Below are positions 46,033-55,300 of a stretch of 64,000 nucleotides of DNA, piece by piece; within the stretch, counting starts at the first letter, position 1; every line of letters starts with the position of its first letter. The position numbers and the translations under genes are program-made. Under the pieces are notes generated by a model, which was not told the DNA's origin, did no database searches, and worked only from the letters and a program-made list of their open reading frames with translations. Where the stretch lies: contig JALSSW010000028.1 of NCBI GenBank assembly GCA_026984035.1, forward strand, positions 5,745 through 69,744, given 5' to 3'. The DNA comes from Planctomycetota bacterium (GTDB taxonomy: Bacteria > Planctomycetota > UBA1135 > GCA-002748355).

Positions 46033-47094
46033 ATGACCAGGCCGAGGAAGGAGATTATCGATGAGAGCCAACCTGGGTTCTATCACATCATTGTTCGTTG
46101 TGTTCGTCAGGCCTTTCTCTGTGGTTATGACAAGTATTCGAAGCGCAATTTTGACCATAGGAAAGCTTGGATTCGTGATCGACTGAAACACCTCGCCGGG
46201 ATTTTTGGGGTTCAAGTGTATTCCTACGCAATCCTTTGTAACCATTACCACCTTGCGCTGCGGAATCGTCCCGATTGGGTTGCGAGTTGGTCCAAGAAGG
46301 AGGTGGCCAGGCGCTGGTGGAAGCTTTTTCCGAAACGTCGGAAGGCGAATGGGGAGCCTGCCCGTCCCTCGAAGGAGGAGTTGAAAGAGCTGATGAAGGA
46401 TGTGGGGCTATTGGCCCGGGCTCGCGAGCAGCTGTCCAGCATCAGCTTTTTTATGCAGTTGCAGAATCAGTATATTGCGACGATTGCGAACCGAGAGGAT
46501 GGCTGTAAGGGTCGTTTTTTTGATGGCCGCTTCAAGTGCACGCGGCTGGAGGATGTTCCTGTGGTGGCGGTCTGTATGCAATATATCGATTTAAATCCTG
46601 TGCGTGCGGGGATGGCAAAGTCGCTGGATGAATCGGAGTATACGAGTGCTTTTGAGCGATTGATGGGGGAGAAGGCTCGGTTACGTGTAAGAGCGTATGA
46701 AAGGAAGAGGCGTAAGGGAGAAAGTCTGAGCAAGCGTCAGAGGGCGTTACTGAAGAGCGAACGAAAGAAGTTACGGGAATCACAGTGGTTGGCAGGTTTG
46801 GACGAGAAGGGCTCTCCTTTTGTTGGCTTTGAGGTTACGGAATATTTGGCGATGGTGGAGGCGGCTGGTAGGCGCATGCGTCGAGGGAAGCGCGGCTGGG
46901 TGCCAGATTCTGTGCCCCCCCTCTTAGAGAGATTGGAGCTGGATACGGAGAGCTGGCTTGAGGTTGTGGAGGGCTTTGGGCGCTTGTTTTTCCGTGTGGC
47001 CGGCAAGGCTGGCAGTATGGCGATGGCCGCAGAGAAGGCAGGGCGAAAGACCTACCATGGCGTCCGGGCCTGTAGGAGGTTGTTTGGGGTGTGA
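46033..47094 (+). CDS. HUH/Y1 transposase-like protein (IS200/RayT superfamily domain) with a long basic C-terminal extension
   Basis: FYHIIVRC...YAILCNHYHLALR (HUH-type HYH) and QYIDLNPVRAGM (Tyr motif region). ATG 46033 is preceded by GAGGGGGGAG. The C-terminus is RKRRKGESLSKRQRALLKSERKKLRES-rich. Confidence 0.65.
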   Translation: MTRPRKEIIDESQPGFYHIIVRCVRQAFLCGYDKYSKRNFDHRKAWIRDRLKHLAGIFGVQVYSYAILCNHYHLALRNRPDWVASWSKKEVARRWWKLFPKRRKANGEPARPSKEELKELMKDVGLLARAREQLSSISFFMQLQNQYIATIANREDGCKGRFFDGRFKCTRLEDVPVVAVCMQYIDLNPVRAGMAKSLDESEYTSAFERLMGEKARLRVRAYERKRRKGESLSKRQRALLKSERKKLRESQWLAGLDEKGSPFVGFEVTEYLAMVEAAGRRMRRGKRGWVPDSVPPLLERLELDTESWLEVVEGFGRLFFRVAGKAGSMAMAAEKAGRKTYHGVRACRRLFGV

Positions 47095-47096
47095 GG

Positions 47097-48389
47097 TTAT
47101 AAGTTTGGACATAAAAAGCCGCTTTTTGCGGCGCCTTCGAGAGTAGAAGGAAATCCCGTTGCGGTCCAGTCACCTGCAATCCAAAGGCCCTTGATGTTTG
47201 TTGGGCCTGGAGGGGGACGGAAGTCGGCTGTTTCTGGGGTGGCAGCAATGGTGGCTTTAGATTCGCGCCGGATTTCTGCGAGATCCTTATGGTTGTCAGG
47301 AAGAGGAAGAGCCTTTCCCAAAAAAGATTGAAGGCATTTTGAGCCTGCGAGGACCCAATCATTCTTTGTCCGAAGGTGTGGATTTGTTGCTGCTCCGGCC
47401 AGAAGGGTGAGCCAGCTTTTTGGGCCAGGTTGTCTACAAATAAAATGAAAAGGTTCCCCGCCTTGGAGGGCAATGAGTAGATCATGAAAGGGGAGGGGGA
47501 GCCTTGGTGGTGGAAAGGAAACGCTCACAATCGGGGATGCTTCAATCTTTATGGCTTTTTTTGCAAAGGAAGCGAAAGGGCTAAGGCGGGCAGCTTCCAA
47601 CCAAGGAACGGCGAGGACGATCCGGTCAAAACCTGTTTTTTTCTTTCCATGCCTAAAGGAAACAGCCTCTAGGCCCCCATCTCCTGCGGGAATGATTTCT
47701 GTGACCCCGGAATGAATCCATTCAATATGGTTCTTGTGAATGTATGTCTCTGCTCCTTGATGAATAATTTCGGACCAAGGAACTGTTGGACACCAAATAG
47801 CCCCCTCTCTCCGGGAGGAGCCAAAGGCCACCCTAAGAGTGCCAAGAAACAAGCGAGCATCGGCTTTGCCCGCTTCTACATTCATGACCGCACGACAGAG
47901 GGGTTCGAAGAACAATGATTGGGTGTCCCTATTCACCTTTTGGATTTCGAACCAGCGCTGCAGCGTGGTTCCAGTAGGGGGTAGTTGTCGCCGAAGGGCA
48001 ACGCTTCCTTTAAGAAGGCCAAGCCGTTTTTTGATGGGGAGATCGAGCTTGAGAAGTCCTACAAGAAGGTGGATGGGAGCTGGAAGGCGTGGAGGCTCCA
48101 ACCTGAGCAGCTTGCCGCCGGGGAACATCCAGGTCAAATTAAGGGTGTCCTGTTTTTTAAAGAGGTGTTCAGTTCCGAAAGCGCGGAGGAGTCTGCGGAA
48201 GTTTTTGTAGCAACCGAGGATGACATGGGGGCCATTATCTATTCCATCCTCATCCGACCAAACGCGCCCACCAAGCTTCTGGCGTTTTTCGGCAATGCTG
48301 ACTCGAAATCCCGCTTCATTATGGGCAATTGCAGACGATAGGCCTGCGATTCCTCCCCCGATAACGAGGACAGATGGCCTGTTGCCCAT
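47097..48389 (-). CDS. hpnE: Hydroxysqualene dehydroxylase (FAD-dependent amine-oxidase/phytoene-desaturase family)
   Basis: VLVIGGGIAGLSSAIAHNEAGFRVSIAEKRQKLGGRV dinucleotide fold. It lies immediately downstream of hpnD (2-nt gap with the start at ATG 48389; the track ORF starts at 48431). Confidence 0.75.
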   Translation of the reverse strand: MGNRPSVLVIGGGIAGLSSAIAHNEAGFRVSIAEKRQKLGGRVWSDEDGIDNGPHVILGCYKNFRRLLRAFGTEHLFKKQDTLNLTWMFPGGKLLRLEPPRLPAPIHLLVGLLKLDLPIKKRLGLLKGSVALRRQLPPTGTTLQRWFEIQKVNRDTQSLFFEPLCRAVMNVEAGKADARLFLGTLRVAFGSSRREGAIWCPTVPWSEIIHQGAETYIHKNHIEWIHSGVTEIIPAGDGGLEAVSFRHGKKKTGFDRIVLAVPWLEAARLSPFASFAKKAIKIEASPIVSVSFPPPRLPLPFHDLLIALQGGEPFHFICRQPGPKSWLTLLAGAATNPHLRTKNDWVLAGSKCLQSFLGKALPLPDNHKDLAEIRRESKATIAATPETADFRPPPGPTNIKGLWIAGDWTATGFPSTLEGAAKSGFLCPNL

Positions 48390-48391
48390 GC

Positions 48392-49261
48392 TTATTTCAG
48401 AGTTGAGAGCGCTAACCAAAGCTTCTTCCACTTTGGGACACGGACCTTCGGTTCCACAAGTGTTCGAAGACCCTTCTTCTCGACACTGTCTAGAAGAGCT
48501 TCATATATTTTTCCCATGATTCTAGCTGGCCTAAGATTTTTTTTCTGGCTGGAGGGGAGAGCTTGTTCTGCCTTCCGATACAACCCACGTGCCCTTTGAA
48601 ACTCTTCAATTAAAAACATATCCAGAGCAGACCCTTCGCAAAGCAACTCTTCAGAAACGGGTTCCCGGAGCTCCTCCGGTGAAAGCCCAAAAAAACCCAT
48701 CCGATCCATGGGGAGATAACAACGCCCCTCCTTAATATCCTCCCGAATGTCTCGGAGAATATTGGTATATTGAAGAGCCAAGCCCAAAGCCTCCGCGTAG
48801 GGTTTGGCGACAAGAGGGTCAGCACCAAAAATGGGAAGGCACGCAATCCCAACCGTAGAGGCCACCCGATGCATATAAACTTTGAGGGCTTCAAAATCAG
48901 CAAATGGCTTGGGGGCCAGATCCATTCGAACACCAAGGCAGAGTTCCCGTAAGGGCTCCGGGTCCAAGCCAAACCTTAAACCTGCTCGATGCAAGGCAAA
49001 ACCTAGGGGGGTTTTTGGCCTTCCTAAAAAAACACGATCCAACTCTTCTTCCCAAAATGCCAGGTGCTTCTCCGCTATGTCCTTTCCTTCTGTTGCGCTT
49101 AGATCCACAGCGTCATCCACAACCCGGCAAAAGGCATACAAGGCTAAAAGTCCTCTCCTTCTTCCGGGAGAAAGGAAGAAAAAGGAGATTAAGAAGTTGG
49201 ACCCAGAAGCCCGTGCGATTTGGGCTGGGCTTTGGTCCGCGGCTAAAATGAGAGTCCGCAT
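48392..49261 (-). CDS. hpnD: Presqualene diphosphate synthase (squalene/phytoene synthase family)
   Basis: ARASGSNFLISFFFLSPGRRRGLLALYAFCRVVDDAVD (first Asp-rich motif) and NILRDIREDIKEGRCYLP (second motif). Confidence 0.8.
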   Translation of the reverse strand: MRTLILAADQSPAQIARASGSNFLISFFFLSPGRRRGLLALYAFCRVVDDAVDLSATEGKDIAEKHLAFWEEELDRVFLGRPKTPLGFALHRAGLRFGLDPEPLRELCLGVRMDLAPKPFADFEALKVYMHRVASTVGIACLPIFGADPLVAKPYAEALGLALQYTNILRDIREDIKEGRCYLPMDRMGFFGLSPEELREPVSEELLCEGSALDMFLIEEFQRARGLYRKAEQALPSSQKKNLRPARIMGKIYEALLDSVEKKGLRTLVEPKVRVPKWKKLWLALSTLK

Positions 49262-49274
49262 CGGCCAAAGAGTA

Positions 49275-49319
49275 GGGGGAGAAGGGCTGCAATGCTAGCA
49301 GTGGCACAGCCCTTCCCCC
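49275..49319 (-). other. Strong intercistronic stem-loop between the toxin gene stop and the hpnD start
   Basis: GGGGGAGAAGGGCTG ... CAGCCCTTCCCCC gives 13 Watson-Crick pairs with a 2-nt bulge and a 17-nt loop containing TGCTAGCA. On the minus strand it is followed by TACTCTTTGG, only a partial U-tract, and lies 14 nt upstream of the hpnD ATG. Confidence 0.45.
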
Positions 49320-49335
49320 AAAAAAGGGTGTCCCC

Positions 49336-52300
49336 TTATGGGCAGGAGCCGAATCCGATTCCGCAGAAGGATGCGCCTCCGAGATGAGGACCACCGAAGA
49401 AGATGGAGTAGCTTGTGGAGCTGTGGGGGCTAGAGAAGCCGGAGCCTGTCAGTTTTCCGAGCGAGAAGAGGGATCGGATCATTGTGATGGGGTTCCCGTT
49501 GAGACCAGCCAGGTTGGGAACGGCGTCTGTGGGATTCACATAAAACCCTCCAAAGCTCGCATTTACTGCCTTTACAGCACCAAGAGCGGCGCCTTGGTGG
49601 ACAGCGGCCCCAACAAAGGTGACTTGGACCCCGGATAAGCTCACCCCTTCGCGGGCAAGAATTCCCAAAGCATTTGTTGTAATGATACCGCCCTGGGAAT
49701 GGGCGATGATTTCTTTGAGACCAGGAGCATTTTTTAACCATTGCGCAAGTTGCGTTGCTTCACCAGAGGGACCAAGGACCTTTCCGGAGAAGGACTCGAG
49801 CATGTCCATGAAGAAACCGTTTGACGGATTGTGGAGCAATGTGAAGCTGTCCCCATAGAGTTCAAATCCGTTTTTTATTGCAATGGTAGGGTCTCCGGCA
49901 TTTCCGTTAAGGATCCCATTCACAAATAACCGGGGTCCCTTGATGGCATCCACTTCGGTGATTTTGTAGACATTATCCCCAATGTGTTCTGCATAATAGA
50001 GCTTAGCATCCTTGGGGATAAAGCGATCGAGAGCCATTCGGAGGCCGGTTTTTATGCCCCACATGATACCCCCTGTGATGCCCCCGATTACGGCTCCTCG
50101 TAAACCTGCCTTGAGAGCATCGCCAAGACTCCCTCCATTGAGAAGTGTCAGTGTTGCCGAGCTGGCAAATCCTGCAGCGATCCCCGAAACAATTGCCCCG
50201 CCTAAGGTGAGGCTCGAGAGCCCCAGAAGTCCCAGGGCCGCTCCTCCGGTAATCACTCCGATGGCAATCGCAACAAGGGGTTTCCAAATCTTCTTAAAAA
50301 ACTTTCCAATTTTCTTGAAGAGTTTTCCTAAAAAGAAGCCAGAGGGGTCAAGTGAAGAAAGAGGGTTATTTCCTACATAGTTGTAACGGTTGAGGTTTTG
50401 ACCTGCGAGCCGGCCTTTGACCAAAGGGTCTGCCGAGAGCATCCGCCCCAGGATCGGATCGTAGACTCTTCCATTCATATGGATGAGTTCCCCTACCTCT
50501 AGGTGCTCGTGCCCCGTGTATCCCCGATGGTAAATGGAGGAAATTCTGTTCCCCGGGGCCCAATTCCTCCCATATCGCCGACGACCCCAAGGATCATAAC
50601 TTGCTACTTGGAGGACGCGCCCTGTGCGATTAGTGATTGCTTGAACAGAGCCTAGGTGATCGCGGTGGAAGTATTGAGTGTCAGCACCAAAGCCCGTTTT
50701 ATGAGCTGCGATGATGCGTCCTCCGGCAAGGATATAGTTGAAGTGGGTGAGCCGGTTCCCTACTACTTGGAGCTCATAGAGAGGTCCAGCGTAATAGCGG
50801 GAAGCTTTCCATCGACCATTCAGATACCCTTTTTGAACCCTCCGGTCCCGTCCGGGACCATAGGCAAAGGAAAGCTTTATGTGATTCCCAGTAATCGTCC
50901 TTACTTTATTATAGGACGTGTAGCTGAGGTTGGATGCCCCGTCCCGAAGAACATTGCCTGAGGCATCGTAAAGAAGTGTGCGATTGGGCTTGTTTGAATA
51001 TCCAATCACCTGTGTGACGCCGTGAGGGTGCCGTCCGGAATATCGGTAAGAACCCACATCACTTTTCGAAACAATGTTTCCTGTCCGATCATAAGCAATC
51101 CGGACAGGGGAAAACCCACGGACTGTGGAGTTGACTAAGCGATTGAGCCGGTCATAACCGAAGGTTTCCGATGTCTTCAAAAAGGCATCACTTCGCCATG
51201 CCAGGTTCCCTAGGGCATCAAATCCATAACGTTGATCCAGGACCCCATTGGTAAGGATTCGGGAAACTCTACCGCTACCAGGATTGTAGGAATATGTAGT
51301 TGTTTTTCCGTTTCCAAAGCTTTCGCTAATGACCTGTCCCCTTGCATTTTTGGAGTTGAGTTTCCAAAAGAGGGCATTGGTCCTGACGTCTCGAACTTCC
51401 GCCAAATAACCATAGCGGTTGTAAATATTTTTTACGCGGAACCCACTTGGATAATGGATCTGAACGACACGGCCTGAAGCGTCATAAACATTGGACATCC
51501 GGAAAGCACGTCCACCTCCCGCATAGAGAGTAGAGACCAAGCGGCCATATTTGTCATAAGTGTTGGTTTCGGAAAAACCTCCGGGTCCCACGACTCGATA
51601 GAGTTTCCCTTTGGCGGCCAAGCCGATGTCATAGGTCCAATAAGTCCACCCTTCCCGTTCATGCCTCTGGGTCCTTCTCCCCAGAAGGTCATAGCGATAG
51701 GTGGTAACCATTCCGTTTGCGTTTCGTTCGGCAATTTGCTCGGAGAAACCATTAAACCAGTAGTAGCTTGTCCCCATGTCGGGATCTGTAATCCGCACTT
51801 TGCGATCGAGAACGTCATAGGCCATGGTTGTAACGTGCCCATTTGGATCCCTAACAGAGATCAAATTGTCATGACTGTCGTAACTGTAGGTCGTGACACT
51901 TCCGTAGGCATCAATGGAGCGCAGAATCTTCCCAAATGTGTCTTGAACTTCTGTCTGCCTGTTCCCTTTGGCATCGACCTTTGTAATGGTCATTCCAGAG
52001 TAATAAGTCCTAGATGTAGAATTGTCCGGAAGCGTGACAGAAACCACTCGACCGAGGAGGTCGTAACGCCTTGTTGTCCAGAGCTTGCGGATATTGCCCC
52101 ACCAAAAGTACTGCTGATAAGGCTCAGAAACTCTTGAAACACGCCCCAGACGATCGTACTCCGTGACCCTGGAGCTGAATCGGCCATTAAAGGTTCGGAC
52201 TGTTTGCAACCGTTCCCTATCTAAAATGTCATAGTAGAGGAAGCGCTCCGGGGCATTGTCCTTGCGTATGGTGACAATGTAGGCGAAATAGCCCCATCGG

Positions 52301-55300
52301 TACCGGCCATAGGTCCAAGTCGTCCTCCCTGAACCGGGAGTATAGGTCGAAGTCTTCCTCCCGAAACCGTCATAAGAGGAATAGGTCGGGACGCCGTTTG
52401 GACTGACTGTAGCTGTTACCAAACCAAGCAAGGGTTCCCGGAAATAGGTTTGCTTTTGCCCGAGAGGGTTGTACTCGGTGGAGACAAAACGGCCTTGACT
52501 ATCATAGTATTGCCGAACTGTTCTCGTTTCCGTGTAGCGTCCATTCCAGGCCCTTGTACTTTGGATGACAACGTTCCCGAAGGCATCGTATCCGTAGGTG
52601 ACGGTTTTCCGAAAGGCCGCAGAAGAAGTCGGTTCGATCGTAGTCTGAATCAAATGAACCAGTGAAGAGTCAAAGCGATAGGTCTCTCTTCTTGTGATCG
52701 GCGTTTTACCAAAGCGCGTCCTTGTGACCGTTTTGCTTGTGAGTCTTCCTAGGATCCAGGCCCCCACATTATTGGCATAGGTATAAGTCTCTACCTTTTG
52801 GTGTCCTCCTTGGTACCGATACCTTGCCTGAGTCAGGTTTCCATAAGCGTCATAGGAGAAGGAGCTGGAAGTAGAGGAAACTAAGGCTCCATTGAGTTCA
52901 TAATTCCTGGTTAGGCTGGACGAGACATAGGCTCTATGGACTCTTCCATAAAAAGAGCTGATGAACTGAAGGCTATTCCATGTCGCAGAAATCAGGCGAT
53001 TATTAGCGATTTGTCTTTGTTCGACCTTTCGGAGTTTTGCTCCAGCAAATCGGTCATCCAATTCAAAATGGGAGATTCTGCGGATGCCCGCGGTGTAGTC
53101 ATTCACGATAATGCGACGAAAACCTCGAAACCCCTTTCCAGAGAGATTCAGCACCCCTTCCTCAAAGCGGTACCGTTTTAGATCCAGGTCATTTTGATGA
53201 ACCCCCGTACTCTCTTGCGTTTGGTAAACGACGAAGATTGGTGCTTGGAAATCCAGGTCTGGATATTGCGCATGGGTTCCTTTTCCATAGACTGCCGCGT
53301 TGGTAATCGGGCGATAGGAGATGTAGGTTTTTCTCCCATTGTTATTGATTAACGTGATCCGTTGATCATTGTCCCCCAGGTTGGATTGTGCTAGGTCCGT
53401 TCCCCAATCCCCGAAAGCAACCAGGTCAGGAAGCCCATCCCCATCGGTATCCCCCAAGGTCCGGATGTGCAAACGATCATCCCATCCACCGATCCGATTA
53501 CCATAGCCCCGGTACCAAAGTCGGGCTGGAGCAAAGTTTTGTCCCGTAGAAAGTGCCACCGTTGGACCGGTGCTGGAGAATCCAAGGATATCTGCACGTC
53601 CATCTCCGTTCATATCCAGGACATAGCGAGGGTGTTTTTGGATTTGCCAACCACTAGAAGAGCCATAGCCGCCAATCCACTTGCGTGGGGCCGTAAACCC
53701 TGTCCCCGTGGACAAAGCTACTTGGACTTCTCTGCTTCCAAACCCAACGACATCGGCGAGTCCATCACCATTGACATCGGCCATCATTCGTGGGTGGTAA
53801 GCGGTTCTCCAACCTCCCGCGCTGTACCCAAAGCCTCTAACCCAAAGCCTAGGAGGGCTAAAGGATGCCCCTGTTGACAGGCTGACCAAAACTCCGCTGC
53901 TGCTGAAACCGATAACATCAGCCCTCCCATCACCGTTGACATCGGCCATCATCCGGGGATGGTAGGCTGTTCTCCAACCTCCGGCCGAATACCCGAAACT
54001 TCGCACCCATGTCCTGGGAGCAGTAAATCCCGTCCCTACAGAGAGGGAAACCACCACCCCATGCCCAGCAAAACCAACGATATCCGCTCGGCCATCCGCA
54101 TTGACGTCCGCAAGGAGCCGCGGGTTTTCTTTGTTTCTCCAAGAACCGGCCGAATATCCAAAATAACGCACAGCCAAACGAGGAGGAGTAAAAGAAGAGC
54201 CTGTAGAAAAGGACACTTGCACCCCGTTGCTCGCAAAGCCAACGATGTCCGCCTTTCCGTCTCCATTGACATCCGCAAGGCTGCGAATGTGGTATTTGGA
54301 TCTCCATCCTTGGTTGTATCCAAAACCCCTGACCCAAGTTCGTGGGGCTGTAAAGCCTGTCCCCGTTGCAAGGGCAACTTGAACTCCATGACTTGCAAAC
54401 CCGACAATATCTGCCTTCCCATCTCCATTGACATCGGCCAAGGTTCGCGGATGTTCTGAGACACTCCAGCCTCCTGCTCTCCGACCAAAGGTGTTTAAAA
54501 CGCGCCTTGCCCTGGCGAAGTTTTCAACCCCATAGCTTCCCCAAGTAAACCGAATGGGCTCGAGATGCTTCCCGCGGCTCCCTCCCTCGGTGAGTGAGAT
54601 AAGCCTGGTTTCCTTGTTGGGACCACGTGTTCCATAACCCATGGAGTAGGAGCGAACCAAAGTATTCCCAAACAAGGATCGGATCTGAGTGAGCCTTCTG
54701 CGTATGAGAATCCTTCGTCCCGAGATCCAGTGAGTGCTTGGATCACTTCTAAAGGCATAGCTGAAAAGCACAGAAGCATAAGGAGTGGTCCTGCGAATCG
54801 TGTTCCCGGAATAGTCGATCCGGTAGGGAACGGATTCTCCTGTGGCTCGATCTTCGATATATCGAAAAGTCATGTAATTCCCAGAGCGGTCTACAATGCG
54901 GTTTACCCGCCAGAGGAGAACACTCGAGGTTCCGGGAGCTTCAATGCGAGAATCCGCAGTCCCCCCGAATTCCATGTAAAGTCCCTTTTTCGTCCACACT
55001 CTGAAGAAGGAAGGCCCGTCCCCTGAGCGCCCATAGGAAATAATGCGAGCGAAACTCTCTTGCTCAGTCCGGTATTGAGTTCCACTTCCGCCATAAACAC
55101 CAACAATGTTGACGAGGCGCTCCCCTCCTAAAGCAAAACGGTCATTTCCATCAAAATCCACCGGGTCCAGAAACCCATCCTTAGCTTTTGTAGCTGGAAT
55201 CCTGGAAATTGTTGTAAGCCCCGAAAGATTGAACCCTCGGCCTAAGAGACCATTACCTATTTGGCTGTTGTAGACGACAGCGATTTTGGGTTGCATCCCA

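Noticed and set aside
45854-47096. Searched for IS boundaries (inverted repeats, subterminal hairpins, target duplications) around the HUH transposase-like gene
   Set aside because: None is visible by eye. The downstream side is only 2 nt from hpnE, so I do not annotate a mobile element, only a CDS.
46835-47485. 216-aa minus-strand ORF spanning the boundary between the transposase-like gene and hpnE
   Set aside because: It lies out of frame with or antisense to two genes with clear family motifs. It is Pro/Gln/Ser-rich with no motifs, so it is spurious.
49113-49394. 93-aa minus-strand ORF bridging the toxin 3' end and the hpnD 5' end, considered as a possible immunity gene
   Set aside because: It overlaps both well-supported genes in other frames, and its sequence is low-complexity (Pro/Ser/Leu). 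No independent ORF fits in the 74-nt spacer.
53380-54441. Regular ~162-nt periodicity that could superficially suggest a CRISPR or other repeat array
   Set aside because: The repeats are in-frame and contiguous with no unique spacers. They translate into FG-GAP units inside a 2082-aa ORF, so they are coding repeats and not an array.
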